Notes: generated from the sequence alone by a model not told the origin. 63,569 nucleotides of DNA, filler included, from Olpidium bornovanus S191 (GCA_017911155.1; 24 parts of 24 records of this genome joined end to end with filler, not necessarily neighbours in it); one strand, 5' to 3'; counted from the first letter of the whole stretch, positions 22,977 through 35,679 are shown. Program-made: numbers and translations.

Positions 22977-23509
22977 ATGGTCGAGGATCCGGAGTACGCG
23001 CACACGGTGGGAAAGTGCAGCAACAAGTATCTGGCGACGCTGTGGGACGCACAAGCGTAAGCTCCTCCAATTCTTCCCCGCATTCTTCCCGCCCTCCCAC
23101 GCACACACACACTTCCCTCGCATTTCCTCCGAAAAAAAAAACGCCCGACGGCGACTGCCGCCCTTCGGACATTCCGGCTGGGGATCGAGGGCTGTGTCCG
23201 CGCGCCGGGTTTCTGAAAATAAAAAACAAAATCGGACCCTTCCCGTTCCCTGCTTCCCCCAAAACCTCTTCCCTCGTCCGTTGACGTCCTCCTTTCCGCA
23301 ACCTTCTTTCCGCCCCTCCACACCCACCTTCTTACCCGCCATTCCGTCCCCCCTCGCCTATGACAACACGCACGCTTCGGGGACATTTTTTTTTCATTGC
23401 CGCAGCTACGCGCGCCATGTCCAACGCCTCCGCACGATCAAACCTTCGGTAGACAATCACGTCATAGATTACAGGCACAGCAACGCCAAGGGCCACCGCA
23501 CAATGATAG
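22977..23509 (+). CDS. CFAP97-domain (Hemingway/KIAA1430-like) flagellar protein, partial
   Basis: Exons ~22977-23056 and 23406-23509 splice to KCSNKYLATLWDAQAYARHVQRLRTIKPSVDNH, matching C-x-NKYL-x3-WD-x3-Y-x2-H...KP-x-VDN of CFAP97D proteins. Confidence 0.75.
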
Positions 23510-24865
23510 GTATTTTTTCTGGCCCTCCCTGACGCTTTTGAGACCTTACTCCCGCGCTTCTCCTTTGCTCCACCCCCTCCCTCCCTCCCCCCACCTTTCC
23601 CCATTCCCCTTTTCGTCCGCAAGTGCGGCTTGACTTCCCGGTGCAAACTTCCTCCGACCCCTCTCTTTTTGCTTTCCGAATTCCTTCCTTCCCTCCCCCC
23701 CCCCCCCCCCCGCCCCGCCCCCCCCCGCCCCGCNNNNNNNNNNNNNNNNNNNNNNNNNNNNNNNNNNNNNNNNNNNNTTAATTAATTAANNNNNNNNNNN
23801 NNNNNNNNNNNNNNNNNNNNNNNNNNNNNNNNNATTACAGTGATTACAAACACAGTGTTAAAAGAAGAAAGTGCTGCTTACCTCAGCTCGCAGACCGGTT
23901 AGAGGCTTGCCTTTTTTTTTGCTGGAGTGCTTCTTCGCTGTTTGCCCCCCCGCCCCCCCCCCCCCCCCCCCGGGGCGGCCCCCCCCCCCCCCCCCCTCCC
24001 CCCCCCCCCCCCCCCACTCCCCGCCCCGCCCCGGCCAAAAAAAGTTTTTCCTCGCGTGACTCTTTTCGCCCGAGGCGCGCGCGCACTTCCCCGGTTTGGT
24101 GCGCGTACGCGCCGCCGAGAAGCCTTTTTTTTCGTCCCCCCCCCCTCGTACGAGGCGTTGGCATGGGGCAGAGGTTAGTGTCGAGGGTGAAGATAAAAAG
24201 TGCAGGAGCGAAGGGAAAGGGAAGGTGGGTGCGTGGTGTGTGGCGTGTGCGCGAGGATCGTGTGGCGTGCGAATCGCGTGGCGTGTAGTACAAGGTGCCG
24301 ACCGTGCAAGGTTTGGCATAAAAACCCTGACAACTCGGATTTTGTACGCCCATAAAAAAATCATTTATTTGGCACGGATAAGGCCGCCTTTTTTTTCGAA
24401 TGTTTGTAATCTACTAATGGCTGATATGTTGACAAAGGCGTTGACGGCGGGCTCATTTCCGAGATCTGCCGATCAGTACCTGGCGTCAACACCTGTTGTC
24501 ATAGCCATCTTCCTTTCTAAATCTCTCACTTCATTAAATACACGGCCTTTCCTGTATCTCGCTGATTATACAAGCCTGATATGGAGGCCCTTCCCGCCGT
24601 CACCCTTGTCGCCAACAAAAGAACCATGCGCCACCTACTGAAAGATGCTGCTGCTGCTGCTGCTCGAGTCGTGCCTGTGCGTCGCCGTTTTCCTGCAGGG
24701 CAGGCTGTCGTCTGGCGTTTTGCAAGATGCACGTAAAAGATGGATAAGCTGGCGAGGTTCTAGTATGTGTCCTGTGATGCGTCAAGAATGCGCGCCGCTC
24801 GCGTTTCTCACCGGGCCAGCTCGGCGGTTTAGGGAGGCGAAAAATTTGCGTTGCCGGATTTAATT

Positions 24866-25592
24866 TCAATTCTTCTGGCTGCTGGCCGGTGCCTGGCTCT
24901 TCAGTACGTCGGCATGAATAAAGCTCTCGGCTTTGTTAGCAATGTCTGGGTGACAAACAGCGGACAAGAGCAGGGCGAGGTCAGCCCTTTTTCTGGCCTG
25001 CCGGGGGCGACGGCGATAAAAGACGACTCACGGCTGAGGTCTAGCACGCGTTCCATGATGGCCGATAGCTTGTCCGTAAGGGTCATGGAGAATGGCGGGT
25101 TCCGCACGCCAACCCGGTCGTATATGTTGTCGATGGCTAGCTTCGTTTCGCCCAGCAGCCGTTTCTGTGATGAGAAGCCCACGTTTTGAACGCGGTCCGC
25201 ACGGCGAAATGCAACAGGACCCAGCGATGCAACGATGGAGGCACCCCTCCAATATACGTGCCCTCGTCTTTCCCGTTCTGTCCCTCTCCTCCAGCTTCTG
25301 CTCGACGTACGCGCAATCGAGCTTGCGCTTGTCGAGGATCTTTTGCGCGGTGCCCATCTCGCTGTTGGCCACCAAGACCTTGTCGTTCTTCTCTTTCACC
25401 ATCTCCGTCAGATACGTTTGCTCGCCCTCGATCCGATCTGTGTGGCCCTGAATCGTCCGGATCAGGTCTTCGTTCGTCTCCACCAGCGTCTTGTGCCGCA
25501 TAAGGATGTCGTTGATGTGGGGCTCGTTCACGTCAAGGTAATCTGGAGGCAAGACGTCGACGACGGATTGAAGGTAGCGCTCGTACACCATG
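24866..25592 (-). CDS. CFAP73: CCDC42/CFAP73-family coiled-coil flagellar protein, C-terminal part
   Basis: Exons 25592-25262, 25164-25032 and 24945-24866 read YERYLQSVVDVLP...INDILMRHKTLVETNEDL...EERDRTGKTR|KRLLGETKLAIDNIYDRV...ERVLDLS|HIANKAESF...KN*. Confidence 0.8.
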
Positions 25593-25692
25593 NNNNNNNN
25601 NNNNNNNNNNNNNNNNNNNNNNNNNNNNNNNNNNNNTTAATTAATTAANNNNNNNNNNNNNNNNNNNNNNNNNNNNNNNNNNNNNNNNNNNN

Positions 25693-25729
<37 letters not shown>

Positions 25730-25765
25730 AGAGCCGCGCGGGAAAGAGCGCCTTCCCTCCCCGAT

Positions 25766-27515
25766 ATGGACGCCGTCCCGGACGAAGACGCCAACGCCGC
25801 CGCCCCCGCCCCCGCCGCCCCCGCCGCCCCCGCCGCCCCGCCCGCCTCCTCGCCGTTCCCGCGGGCGGCCTCTCCGGCTTTTATGCCGTTTGCTGATGAA
25901 GAACTCCTTTCGCCTTCCTCGGCCGCCCTCTACGCCAACGGGGGAGGAGGGCGAGAAGGCGGAGGCCCCGACGGCCCCTCGGCCGGCGGCGGCGGGGAAG
26001 AACCGGCCGACCCCCCCTTCGTCGTTTTTCCTGACACCTGCTGCTGGCGAATACCCCTCAAGGCCGGCGTGCAGGTGCGCTTTGCGCACTGCCTGCGTTT
26101 CCCTCGCTGTCTGCGCGCCCCCTGTTCACCCTCTTCGCCCGCAAACGCCTACTCGCCCGCCGTCTGCTTTCGCCGGCTCTCTTCTCGCCGGAAGCGCAGG
26201 TTTTCAACTCGTTTGACATGGTAAATGACCCAGGGGCGGAAGAGGAGGAGGAGGAGGATGGGTGGCGGGATGTTTCCGTCGCCTACTTCAGAGAAAAAAA
26301 CACACTGACCATTTCCCTCCCCCAATCTTCTTCCCGCACCCCCGCCCCCGTAGATAAACACGATCTACAATTTCGGACGCGAAACCCAGAAAGTTGAGAC
26401 GTACGATGCGCTGTCTGCCGCTGTTCGGCTTGTAAACGCGAGTGGCGATGCCGGCTTGACGGTGCAGAAGAACACTCGAGCCGTCTACGTTGCGGAGCTG
26501 ATCTGGTCCGTCATCCTGGTGGTCAACGCGTGCGTGGGCTTGGTCGGTGTACAGAAGGTGCGCCGTTGGGAGGGCCGGGGTGGGGTGTCCTCGGATTTCG
26601 GAAAAGAAGGAGCGGCGAAACGGTGTGGCCGCCGTCCGAACCGGCTCTTCACATCACCCTGCTTCTGGTGGATGCGGCGGGCGCGGCGGGCGCGGCTGGC
26701 GCGGCGGGGCCTGTGACCAGAACCGGCTCGTTATGGTTCGGACGTACGTGATCGTGTTCGCTCTATCTGCCGCCGTTGAGCTTGCCTATGCTCTGTCAAC
26801 CGTCTTGTACCACCTGCGGTGGCAAGCACCACTCACCGAACTGGAAATCGGATTCGGATTTGTCTGGGTACGACGAAGAGTTGTTTGCCGTGCCCATTTA
26901 GCCCTCGCTCCGAACGGGACCAGGGCTCCTTTCTTGTTCTCACCCCTCGAGGTGTCCCGCGCGCATTTTCCGCGGGTCTTTCGTCGCTGACGATGGCCCG
27001 GTGCTGTCCCGCCAGCTGTTCATCCGGGTCTTTGCCTTGTACCACATTTTCTTCTGTAGGTTGCAGGCGCGCGTTTGCCGCCTTGTGCTGTGCGCGCGCT
27101 CTCTACCAAGCGTTTTGCGCCGCCTCCGTCTCCTCTCGGCCCCTGACCGGACGAGCGTCCGCGACGGGAAAACGCAGGGTACCGGACGCTGAAGGCATAC
27201 TACGACCAAGAGGCTAACGGGCCGGAAAGGTGGCTGACGCGAATGGCGCGGCGGGTGAGCCGGGCAGTCGGGCTCGGCGACCCGCCGACGGCTCCCGGCT
27301 CCGACGGCGGAAGCGGGGGCGTCGGCGGCGTCGGCGGCGCCGCCGAATCGGACGCCCGCGTGATCCGGCGTCGCCTGCCGTTCCGTAGGCCCTGGCGGCA
27401 CACACCAGGATCGCCCGCCGCCGCAGCCGAGGGCGGACAGCAGCCGGACGGCACGACACCCGAGGTCGAGATGACGGTGCGCCGGCTTCCAGAGCAGCGG
27501 ACGCTTGTTTACTGA
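25766..27515 (+). CDS. Multi-exon polytopic membrane protein (CC-x-x-x-PL-x-x-G N-terminus, LAPTM4/DUF4728-like)
   Basis: Exon 25766-26074 ends CCWRIPLKAGVQ|GT, followed by a 21-nt exon 26200-26220 and hydrophobic exons (VYVAELIWSVILVVNACVGLVG; YVIVFALSAAVELAYALSTVLY; LFIRVFALYHIFF). Some boundaries and the C-terminus are unresolved. Confidence 0.6.
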
Positions 27516-27868
27516 TGCGTGGGAAGGTGGGGAGTGGGCGGGGGTTGGGGGAAAGGGGGAGGAGGAAGGGGGTGCGAGATAAAACGGCGAGAAAAAAAAA
27601 AGAACAATTTCTCGCCAACGGGGCACGTCCCGAAATCCTCTTACCCCCATCCTTTTCCCTCTTCCTCCCCCCTCTCCTCCTCTTCCCCGCGGATTTATAT
27701 TTTAAGTTAGATTCCGTTTTTTTTTCCGTTTCCTCGATTCTTTTTCGTGCCTTCTAGACACCTTTTCCAGATCAGCGCAGATTTTCTTTTTTTGCTTTTT
27801 TTCTTTGTTTTTCCTGACGGAAAAAAAAGACGGAGAGGAGCGCGCTCCTCGCGCGGGGCCTGACTCGC

Positions 27869-27908
<40 letters not shown>

Positions 27909-28298
27909 GGGCCTCTCCACGCAGAGTTATAAAAGGGAAAGGGGCTCGGGGAATGGGCGCGCGTTTGGTCCCTCCCACGAATGTGGCCGGGCCATCTGAA
28001 CACTGTAGTGCCATATCTGAACGCGAAAGAGCCCACCTTGCCATCGACAGGGGTCCGCACCGCTTGCTGTGCGATATTGAAACACGGCTTCGAACGTGGT
28101 TATAGAACATTGCATTACGCACTTCCGTCGACGGCGGCGGCGGGGGGGCGGGGGGGGGGGGGGGGGGGGGGGGGGGGACGTAGAAGGTATGAACAGAACG
28201 AGCAAAGCCGCAAGTAATTCTAAATTGGGAAAAATGATGGAACATCCCCGGGAGTGGGGGTGAAGGGGGGTGGCGTGCTCAGGCGCTCTTTTCCTCGT

Positions 28299-28641
28299 TC
28301 ACTTGGCGGCGGAGGTGTACTTGGTCACGGCTTTCGTGCCCTCGGAGACGGCGTGCTTGCTGAGCTCGCCGGGGAACACCAGGCGGACCTTTGATTTGAA
28401 TTTCACATGCGATGCGCCGGTTAAGCACGAACATCCCGCTCGCACGTGGCCGCCGCGCTCGCGCCTTGCCCTCTTCCCCGACCCGCCGCCCTCCCCGGTG
28501 TGACTGAAAAGGGGGGTGGGGGGGGGGGATGGGCGTGAGGGAGTAGGGCCTGCCGAGACACTTACGGCCGTGTGAATCTCGCGAAAGGCGATGGTGGACA
28601 GTTTGCTGTAGGCGGCGAGCTTGGAGGCTCCTCGAAAATAT
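28299..28641 (-). pseudogene. H2B: Histone H2B C-terminal half, divergent and frameshifted
   Basis: Exon 28641-28566 reads [25 protein letters not shown], then a GTAAGT intron, then exon 28388-28299 reads [29 protein letters not shown]. About 13 nt are missing between DIFE and ASKL. Confidence 0.8.
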
Positions 28642-28972
28642 CTTCCAGGGAAGCTGACCCCCCGCCGAACGGGCCATTCCCGCGGGGAGGAGGGCAAAGG
28701 GACAAGGATTTTAAAAGCGTCGCAGAAGACTTTCCCCCCACCTCCCCCCCCCCCCCCCCCCGCCCACACACCCGCCGCGGACCCACGCGCGACATCTTAC
28801 CTCNNNNNNNNNNNNNNNNNNNNNNNNNNNNNNNNNNNNNNNNNNNNTTAATTAATTAANNNNNNNNNNNNNNNNNNNNNNNNNNNNNNNNNNNNNNNNN
28901 NNNCCCCATCGAGGGGGGGGGGGGGGGGGGGGGGGGGCCTTTTTAACCCCGGGGGGGGGGGCCCCCCCCCGG

Positions 28973-29011
<39 letters not shown>

Positions 29012-29441
29012 GGACCCTAGAGAAAAATTACAACAGGCGTGCACGGCAGCAGCTGAGCCGCCAGCCAACACCCAGCAAAAGCTCAAACGAGGAATTGGTC
29101 AGAGCGGAGGGCCGAATTCAACCTTCCCAAAAAGAGCAAACCTTGGCTGTAGGCCCGGTACGACGTTTTCTTCGGCTGCAATACCGCCCGAAGGTGTGTC
29201 AACATCGGAACGCAGGTCTTGCAGACTTTTATTAGAATCATAGTCTGTCGAGACCCAGCTGAGATCGTTTGTCCCACCGCATCGAAATCGTTTAGTTCTT
29301 CAGTTAAAAGACGCCCCAACAGTCGGTTGTCACCAAAAAAAAAACGGGCACTGACGATAATTGTCTTGACTGCGTGAATCGCATTGTTCTCGTGACGAAA
29401 AGCGCCAGACTTTGAGCTCTTGAAAATAGATCGGGGCCGAG

Positions 29442-30959
29442 ATGGCAGAACTTGCGCAGGTGGTCAACGGTCATACTAAAGCAGAGCCGTCCGGCAAGAA
29501 CGAGGAGACGTCGCCTACTCCGCCGTCATGGCGTAAAAGACTGTCGCAAGTGCTCGACTCTGCAAGTTTATCAGCTATACAATTCCAGCAACCGCAGCCG
29601 CAACACCAGACGGGCAGGCTTGGACAGAAGCTGGCCACGTGGCAAGAAAGGGAACGCCAAGTTCCAGAGCAGCTGTTTGGCCCGAAAACCTCACTAAAGC
29701 TCAACTCGCGAACCTCCGGTTATTCCATTCTTTCGCGTTCTCGGCATGCGCCAAATGACGGAACGGAGAAGATCAAAGCGGCTTCTGGGTCGCACATTTT
29801 ACCCTACCCAATTTATGTCGGAGAAGCAGAGCGCCCGATGTCGCCATATACCGATTCAAGACACTCCTCCCCTCGCATAGCCGTAGAACGGAATGCCGCT
29901 CACCAGCAAGACAACGGAACCGCAGGCGCTGCGCCGGCGACCGCCGTCTCCGCGGGGGGCGCCGCGGCGCCGGAGAATTCGCCGGGAATGCGCTCGGCGA
30001 AAAGCGAATTTCCGGGCGAGCGCGCGAGGGACAGATATTTTTCGTTTTCCAGCGCCTCGGAAGGAGAGAAAAGGAGGCCCTTCGCAAGCGTCGGGAGGCA
30101 TGACCACCAGCAACCGCGGGTGCCGGTGCACCCGGTGTACGCACGCATTGGCCTGCGCGTCCACAGCCCGAACTTCACTGTTAGGATCGGGCTGGCTAAT
30201 ATCGACGACGGACCGGTATGCGTCCAGGCGGACGTGTTCACCAGCGTCGGCACAGTGCTCGAGGCAATGCTCCGCTCAGGAGTGCTGAAAAAGCTGGAGG
30301 ACGATGCTGATATCGACGAGGACACTGAGTGGGGCATTTGGGTAGACGGCTTTGGGAGCGCAGGTACGCATGATAGTGGTTTCCATACATGGCTTCATGA
30401 CGTTTATGCGCCGCCGTTGCCTGTGCGCCTTGTCACCGTCGGCTGTACGCCTGATCATATATTTCCGCTCGATCTCACGAATGCTTGCGCAGAGGAAGGG
30501 AGATTTTTATGGCTAACCGACATGCCGTTCACGCCCGACGATCCGCTGAGTTACACTCTGAGAAAAACGACCGTGGGTGTTTTTATTCTTTTTTTTATAA
30601 AAATGCCTTCGTATACCGCCGAATCCATGTAAACCCAATTTGGTGTATTCCGGCAACAGGATCGACCTAAGTCCAGCAAGCTTCCGAACGTTTTAGGCAT
30701 TTTTGACGAGAGCATGTTGAAACACATCCGCGACCAAGTGGCTCAGGAGACGCAGATTTCCAGAGTGAGGTCCTTCAGTCCCGCCGTCTTGCAATGTCGG
30801 GCGCAGGTTTTGAAGTTTCACAGGGAGCGTCATCGAAGCATGAGCACGAAACCGTTCCGTTTGTCCGCCGTTCCTTGACCGCCGCTCTGCCTGGGTCCTT
30901 TTTGCCCTCTAAATTCTGCAGGAAAAAGACCTGATTTCAACGAACGCGAAGCTCGAAAA
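29442..30959 (+). CDS. Uncharacterised protein, N-terminal part: disordered region plus a ubiquitin-like (RA / FERM-F0-like) segment
   Basis: 396-aa ORF with a probable intron at 30364-30492 (GTACGC...CAG). Spliced motif: VGTVLEAML...EWGIWVDGFGSAEEGRFLWL...LSYTLRKT. Further exons at ~30660-30764 and 30922 onward. Confidence 0.6.
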
Positions 30960-31197
30960 NNNNNNNNNNNNNNNNNNNNNNNNNNNNNNNNNNNNNNNNN
31001 NNNTTAATTAATTAANNNNNNNNNNNNNNNNNNNNNNNNNNNNNNNNNNNNNNNNNNNNCGAGGGGTGCGGCGGCCGAAAATCAATTGGGCAAAAATCAT
31101 TCAACTCGGGGGGGGGGGGGGGGGGGGGGTTTTTTTTTTTTTTTTTTTTTTGGGGGGGGGGCGGTTTGACCGGCTGTCCGTAACGAAGTTGTAACAG

Positions 31198-32564
31198 GAG
31201 AATCGGGACGTTTTCGAAAGCGCGATGGAGTACCTGCAAAAAAGTTCTCTGCTGAAGATCGAGGACGTTCTCCCGTTTTTTCCGGACTTCGTCCTAATCG
31301 ACGACTTTAAGGTGTGTAACTTACTCCAAACCGCTTGCGCATCGAACTAGAATACTGCGATGATTGGGCCACTTCCGGCGTGACGCGCGTGGCATTTTCG
31401 GTCGTTTCTTTTTTTTTTTGTCTTCTCCCAATTTTCTTCACGTGCTTTTTCTTTCTCACTCTCGTCCCGCTCTTTCGTTTTGCTCTTCTTCTCTTCTTCA
31501 GGATGAGATATGTGATGCTCTCGAGGAGTACAGCGCGCACATTGAAGAATTAAAGTCGGAGATGGACGAGGCCACCAGAAGCACGGAAAGCATTCGGCTG
31601 GATATTCGGGAACTCAGGAGCAGGTACACCATGCATTATGAGTTCCTTTCGCCTGCGCGTGGTGTTCGCAGTTTCCAGTGCGCGTTGACCAGAAATTTGT
31701 TTCCCAGGTTTGCGATCATCCCGCCAACAGAGAAGTGTTACCTGTGCGACCAGCTCGTGACAACTCGACAATTTTACATCTTTCCATGCCAGCATGCGTT
31801 CCACGCAGACTGCTTTATATCCGAGGTACAAGGCAATAGAGACTCAGCGAAAGAAATCAAAATCAGCAACGCAAGGAAAGGGGAGCACTTTCGTCCTTAA
31901 CGATTGCCTGACTGCCAAGTTTTTCTCAACGATACAGGTGTCCCGGCACATGACACAAGGTCAGCGGCGGAAAGTCGCCGACATCCAGGAACAAATCAGA
32001 CGGCAGATCGCGCTGTCGAATACCAAGCCGCCTGTCGGGAACGCCACGACGGCAGAGCTGGCGGCTGCGGCCACAACAAAGTTAAATTTGCCGTCGCCAT
32101 CGACGCGAACCATTCCGGCGAAAGAGGCAGCGGAGAGTGCGGTCAGTGCGTCTGCGTTTCCGGCCATGGTGAAAGCATTCGGGATTGCCGGGCTGCGGGA
32201 CGTCGTATTTCCCGGCAGCGACTCGTCTGCGCCCGAGAAGGGTGCCGACGCCGCGGTTGGCGCCTCCCAACTTGAGAAGTTGAGGGTGGGTCTTTTTTTG
32301 TTTTTTTTTTTTTTTTTTTTTGGAAATTTCCGGGCGGGTTTGGGAGTTTTAATCGGAAACGGGCACATTTCTCCGTCGTTCACTATTCTCTCGGACCTTA
32401 CCTGCTCCCGCTTATCCTCTGCGGCCCGCACGAAACGAACCAAGGCCGAGCTTGACGACCTTGTGGCGTCGGAATGCACCTTGTGCGGGGAAATGATGAT
32501 CAGGACTATAGATCTGCCGCTGGTGACTGACGACTCCGCGGAAATCGCGTCGTGGGCGATATAA
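31198..32564 (+). CDS. VPS18: Vps18/Pep3 (HOPS/CORVET subunit) C-terminus with RING-H2
   Basis: Exons 31198-31311, 31502-31623, 31708-31825, 31938-32285 and 32445-32564 read LKIEDVLPFFPDFVLIDDFK|DEICDALEEY...CYLC...FYIFPCQHAFHADC...LDDLVASECTLCGEMMIRTIDLP. Confidence 0.96.
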
Positions 32565-32685
32565 AATAATAGTCCTTCAAACGTCAATTGGGCGAGGGCT
32601 TCCCAAGTAGGCGTTCATACGTAGAGCGGCGTCGGTGTCGCAAACCGCGCGGTTGACGTCCTCAGTGGGTCACGCTGACGAATTC

Positions 32686-32771
32686 CACTGGAGGCAAATG
32701 AATGAGGATGAAGTGCACGTATTGCACTGGATGCGAATAAATGGGGCCGATGAAGTGCACGTATTGCACTG
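32686..32771 (+). repeat. Imperfect 39/42-nt tandem repeat with perfect 23-nt core GATGAAGTGCACGTATTGCACTG
   Basis: Core at 32707-32729 and 32749-32771. Confidence 0.9.
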
Positions 32772-33483
32772 AAGGCAAAGCTTTTTGTTTAAATTGTGCT
32801 GTAAACGCCCCTGCTCCTGTCGCTTTCGCCACACGCGGAGAACCCTTTTGGCTACGGGCGGGGAGGTCTTTATTTTTTGTTTTTGGAAGTCGCCGCAGAA
32901 CGGAGCTCCTCGCGCGCGCGCGCGCGGGACGCAGCGCAACCGGCCGGGCGATGACGCGGTTTTCGCCGGGAACATAGGTCGATGAGTCGCGCAAAAAAAA
33001 AAAAAAAAAGAGGTTGCTCCGCGTTTCGCGAAAAGCGCGCGGCGCCTCGCAAAAAGCGTCGGTTTACGTGTAGGCCCCTCGCGCACGGCCGGGCGAGTCG
33101 AAAACACGCAGCGCCGCTTCCATCAGCGCGCCGTTTTTTTTTTTTTTTTTTTTTTTCCGGCTCGCGGGCGGAGCCGCGGGTTTCCCCCGTCGACTACCGC
33201 CGCACACCGCAAAGCGTGCAAGCGCAGAACGGGCACAGCGAGCGAACGCGGCCGAGTACGAAAGGAAGCGAGACTGCATGGGCTGTCTCTCTCTCTCTGT
33301 CTTTTTCTCTCTCTATATATATCTCTCTTCCTGGTCTGCAGGTCGCGTGGAAGGGCCGGACTGGCCGGAAATTTCCTCCCTCTTTCCTCCGGGACGCGGA
33401 TTTTTTCACACCAGAAAAATCAATTAGATTGCCAATTCTCGGCGGCTCAGAACAAACCCCCCCCCCCCCCCCCTCCCCCCGCG

Positions 33484-33514
<31 letters not shown>

Positions 33515-34138
33515 CCCCCCCCCCCCCCCCCCCGGTTGCTCGCCAGAGGACACGGCGTCGCACTCGCTGCCGCTGTCGACGGTCGGGGGCCGCAGTAATT
33601 ATCNNNNNNNNNNNNNNNNNNNNNNNNNNNNNNNNNNNNNNNNNNNNTTAATTAATTAANNNNNNNNNNNNNNNNNNNNNNNNNNNNNNNNNNNNNNNNN
33701 NNNCGTTTCCCAGAATTTCAGCACTCTGATGCCATCCCAATTTGTGCCGCTCACGTTTACACGACGGCCGCGCTAAACGCGTCCCCGTCCTCGCAAAGCG
33801 GTTCGCGTAATGAGAAAAACATGACGAGGCGCCTTGTGGCGACGGTAACGTTGTCCAGGGAGGTACGGTACAACCGGGTATGAGTGAAGCAGCCGGTACA
33901 TTCTGGAACACATGCGGCGTTTGGGCTTTTTTGTAGATTATCACAACTTAAACTTGAGGACCAGGGGTCGGGCATCGTAGTGCCGCCGCGCTCGCGTACG
34001 TTCGTGCGCGGCTGCTTGCAATAACTTCCGCGAACAGACTTGCCGCCAAGGAAATGGTTGAACTGGACAAGCTGGAAAGTCTCTGAGGGTTGCCGTGTTT
34101 CTTTTCCGGCCAAAACTTGCTCGCCTTGGTTGCCCGGC

Positions 34139-34173
<35 letters not shown>

Positions 34174-35679
34174 GCGTAGGCCGGTTAGTTATAACGCGGC
34201 ACTTATGTTCGGGAACTTGACGGGACTCCTTTGCGAGGGACGGTACTCGGGGAACTCGGGGTTCGCTTATTCCGACGTCGCGACGGGACGTTCGATGCGG
34301 GACCGACGAACGACCTGACGGCGGCGAGGAAATGAGGGAAGAGACCGACGAGCTTGAGAACCCCGTTCGACGGCGTTAGATCTTACACGTGATAGAGTGG
34401 CTCGCAAAATTGAAACTACGAAAACGCCCTGATCTTCTGTTTGCCGGGGATGAGGCGCGCGGAAGAAGAAAAGACCGTTACGACATTGACATCGCTATTA
34501 ACTCACGGATGTGCACCCGAGGCCCGGTCCCAATGTTCACTTTTTCTTCGCGTCTGCTGACAAGCGCCGTCTGTAGCTTTAGAGACGGTCGGAAGGAAAA
34601 AGGGGGGTGTGGCGCCTCGGGGCTCTGACTTTCGAGTTACCCCTGAGTTTTGACAGAGAAACTTCCGCGCGGATCGGTAACTATCCAACTTTCAGATTCG
34701 AGCTTCCGATTTATCCTTTTTCAAAATCCAGATTTCGATCAATACGCGAACACAAGAGTTGCTCTGCTGTACTTACCACGGAAGCACACGGAGAACTTCT
34801 AATGGGGCCACGTGCAAACGGGACTGCAAACAAACGTGCGATTTGCGGAGTCCACGGAATGCGAGGTGGCCGGCTCGTTTTTTGGAACCATATAATGTGG
34901 ATGAGGACGGCGGCGGTTGTTCCGGGATCACTGTCGTTGGAAGTTGAACTCGGAAGGTTCCGATGAACTTACCACGGTATCCCCGCTGGGGGTTTGGGTC
35001 TGGGAGGTCTTGAGGAAGAAATGGATGCCGGGAGATTGGCTGCGGGTGCAGTTATCGTAGTTGGTCCTGCAGCCGTTGACGAAGTTGCCGGCACCCGCTG
35101 ACGGCGAACTGGGTCTGGGTTCAACTGCAGCTGAAGTGGACGCATTTGGGCCAGCGGACGTCGAACCGGACCCCGATGTTGAGGCCGATGCTACAGACGT
35201 CGCCCGCCGTACGAGACCGCGTGCCTCGGCGGCCGCTCTCCGAGCTGTCGGCCGTGAAATCAAGGGCGGCTCCGACGTTTGGAGGATCGCGAGCGGGCAC
35301 GCCGGAACACGCCAGGGGTTACACCACCCACAAAGCTCTCCATGGCAGGATGACGACTGCGCGCCGCCGAGCGTTTGTATTCGGCGCGTGCGCATAGTTT
35401 CATGGTTTTTCGCTATCGCGACTACATTCTGCCGGCGACGCGTCGAGCTGGCGCTCCAACATCGACGGGGTCTTGCTTATTTTCGTCAACAAGCTGCATG
35501 GTGGCCCAGAGCTCCACGGGGTGAGCGACTTGGGGAAAGAGAGCCGGCGGCCGGATGGACTGACGCCGAGAAGCAGTATACGGACCCCGGACAGGCGAAC
35601 AGCCCTTCTGATTCGGGGCAGTCGTTGGAGGGCTTGCGTCCTCCCGCCCGGTACAGAGGAGAAAACATCATCATATTCG

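Noticed and set aside
24417-24480. MADMLTKAL, resembling the copia RNase H C-terminus
   Set aside because: Only about 8 residues match; the upstream KHIDIRYH and DNQ motifs are absent.
22977-25592. Apparent cluster of two flagellar genes, and any other gene neighbourhood across linkers
   Set aside because: The genes are on different contigs, so the order in this window is artificial.
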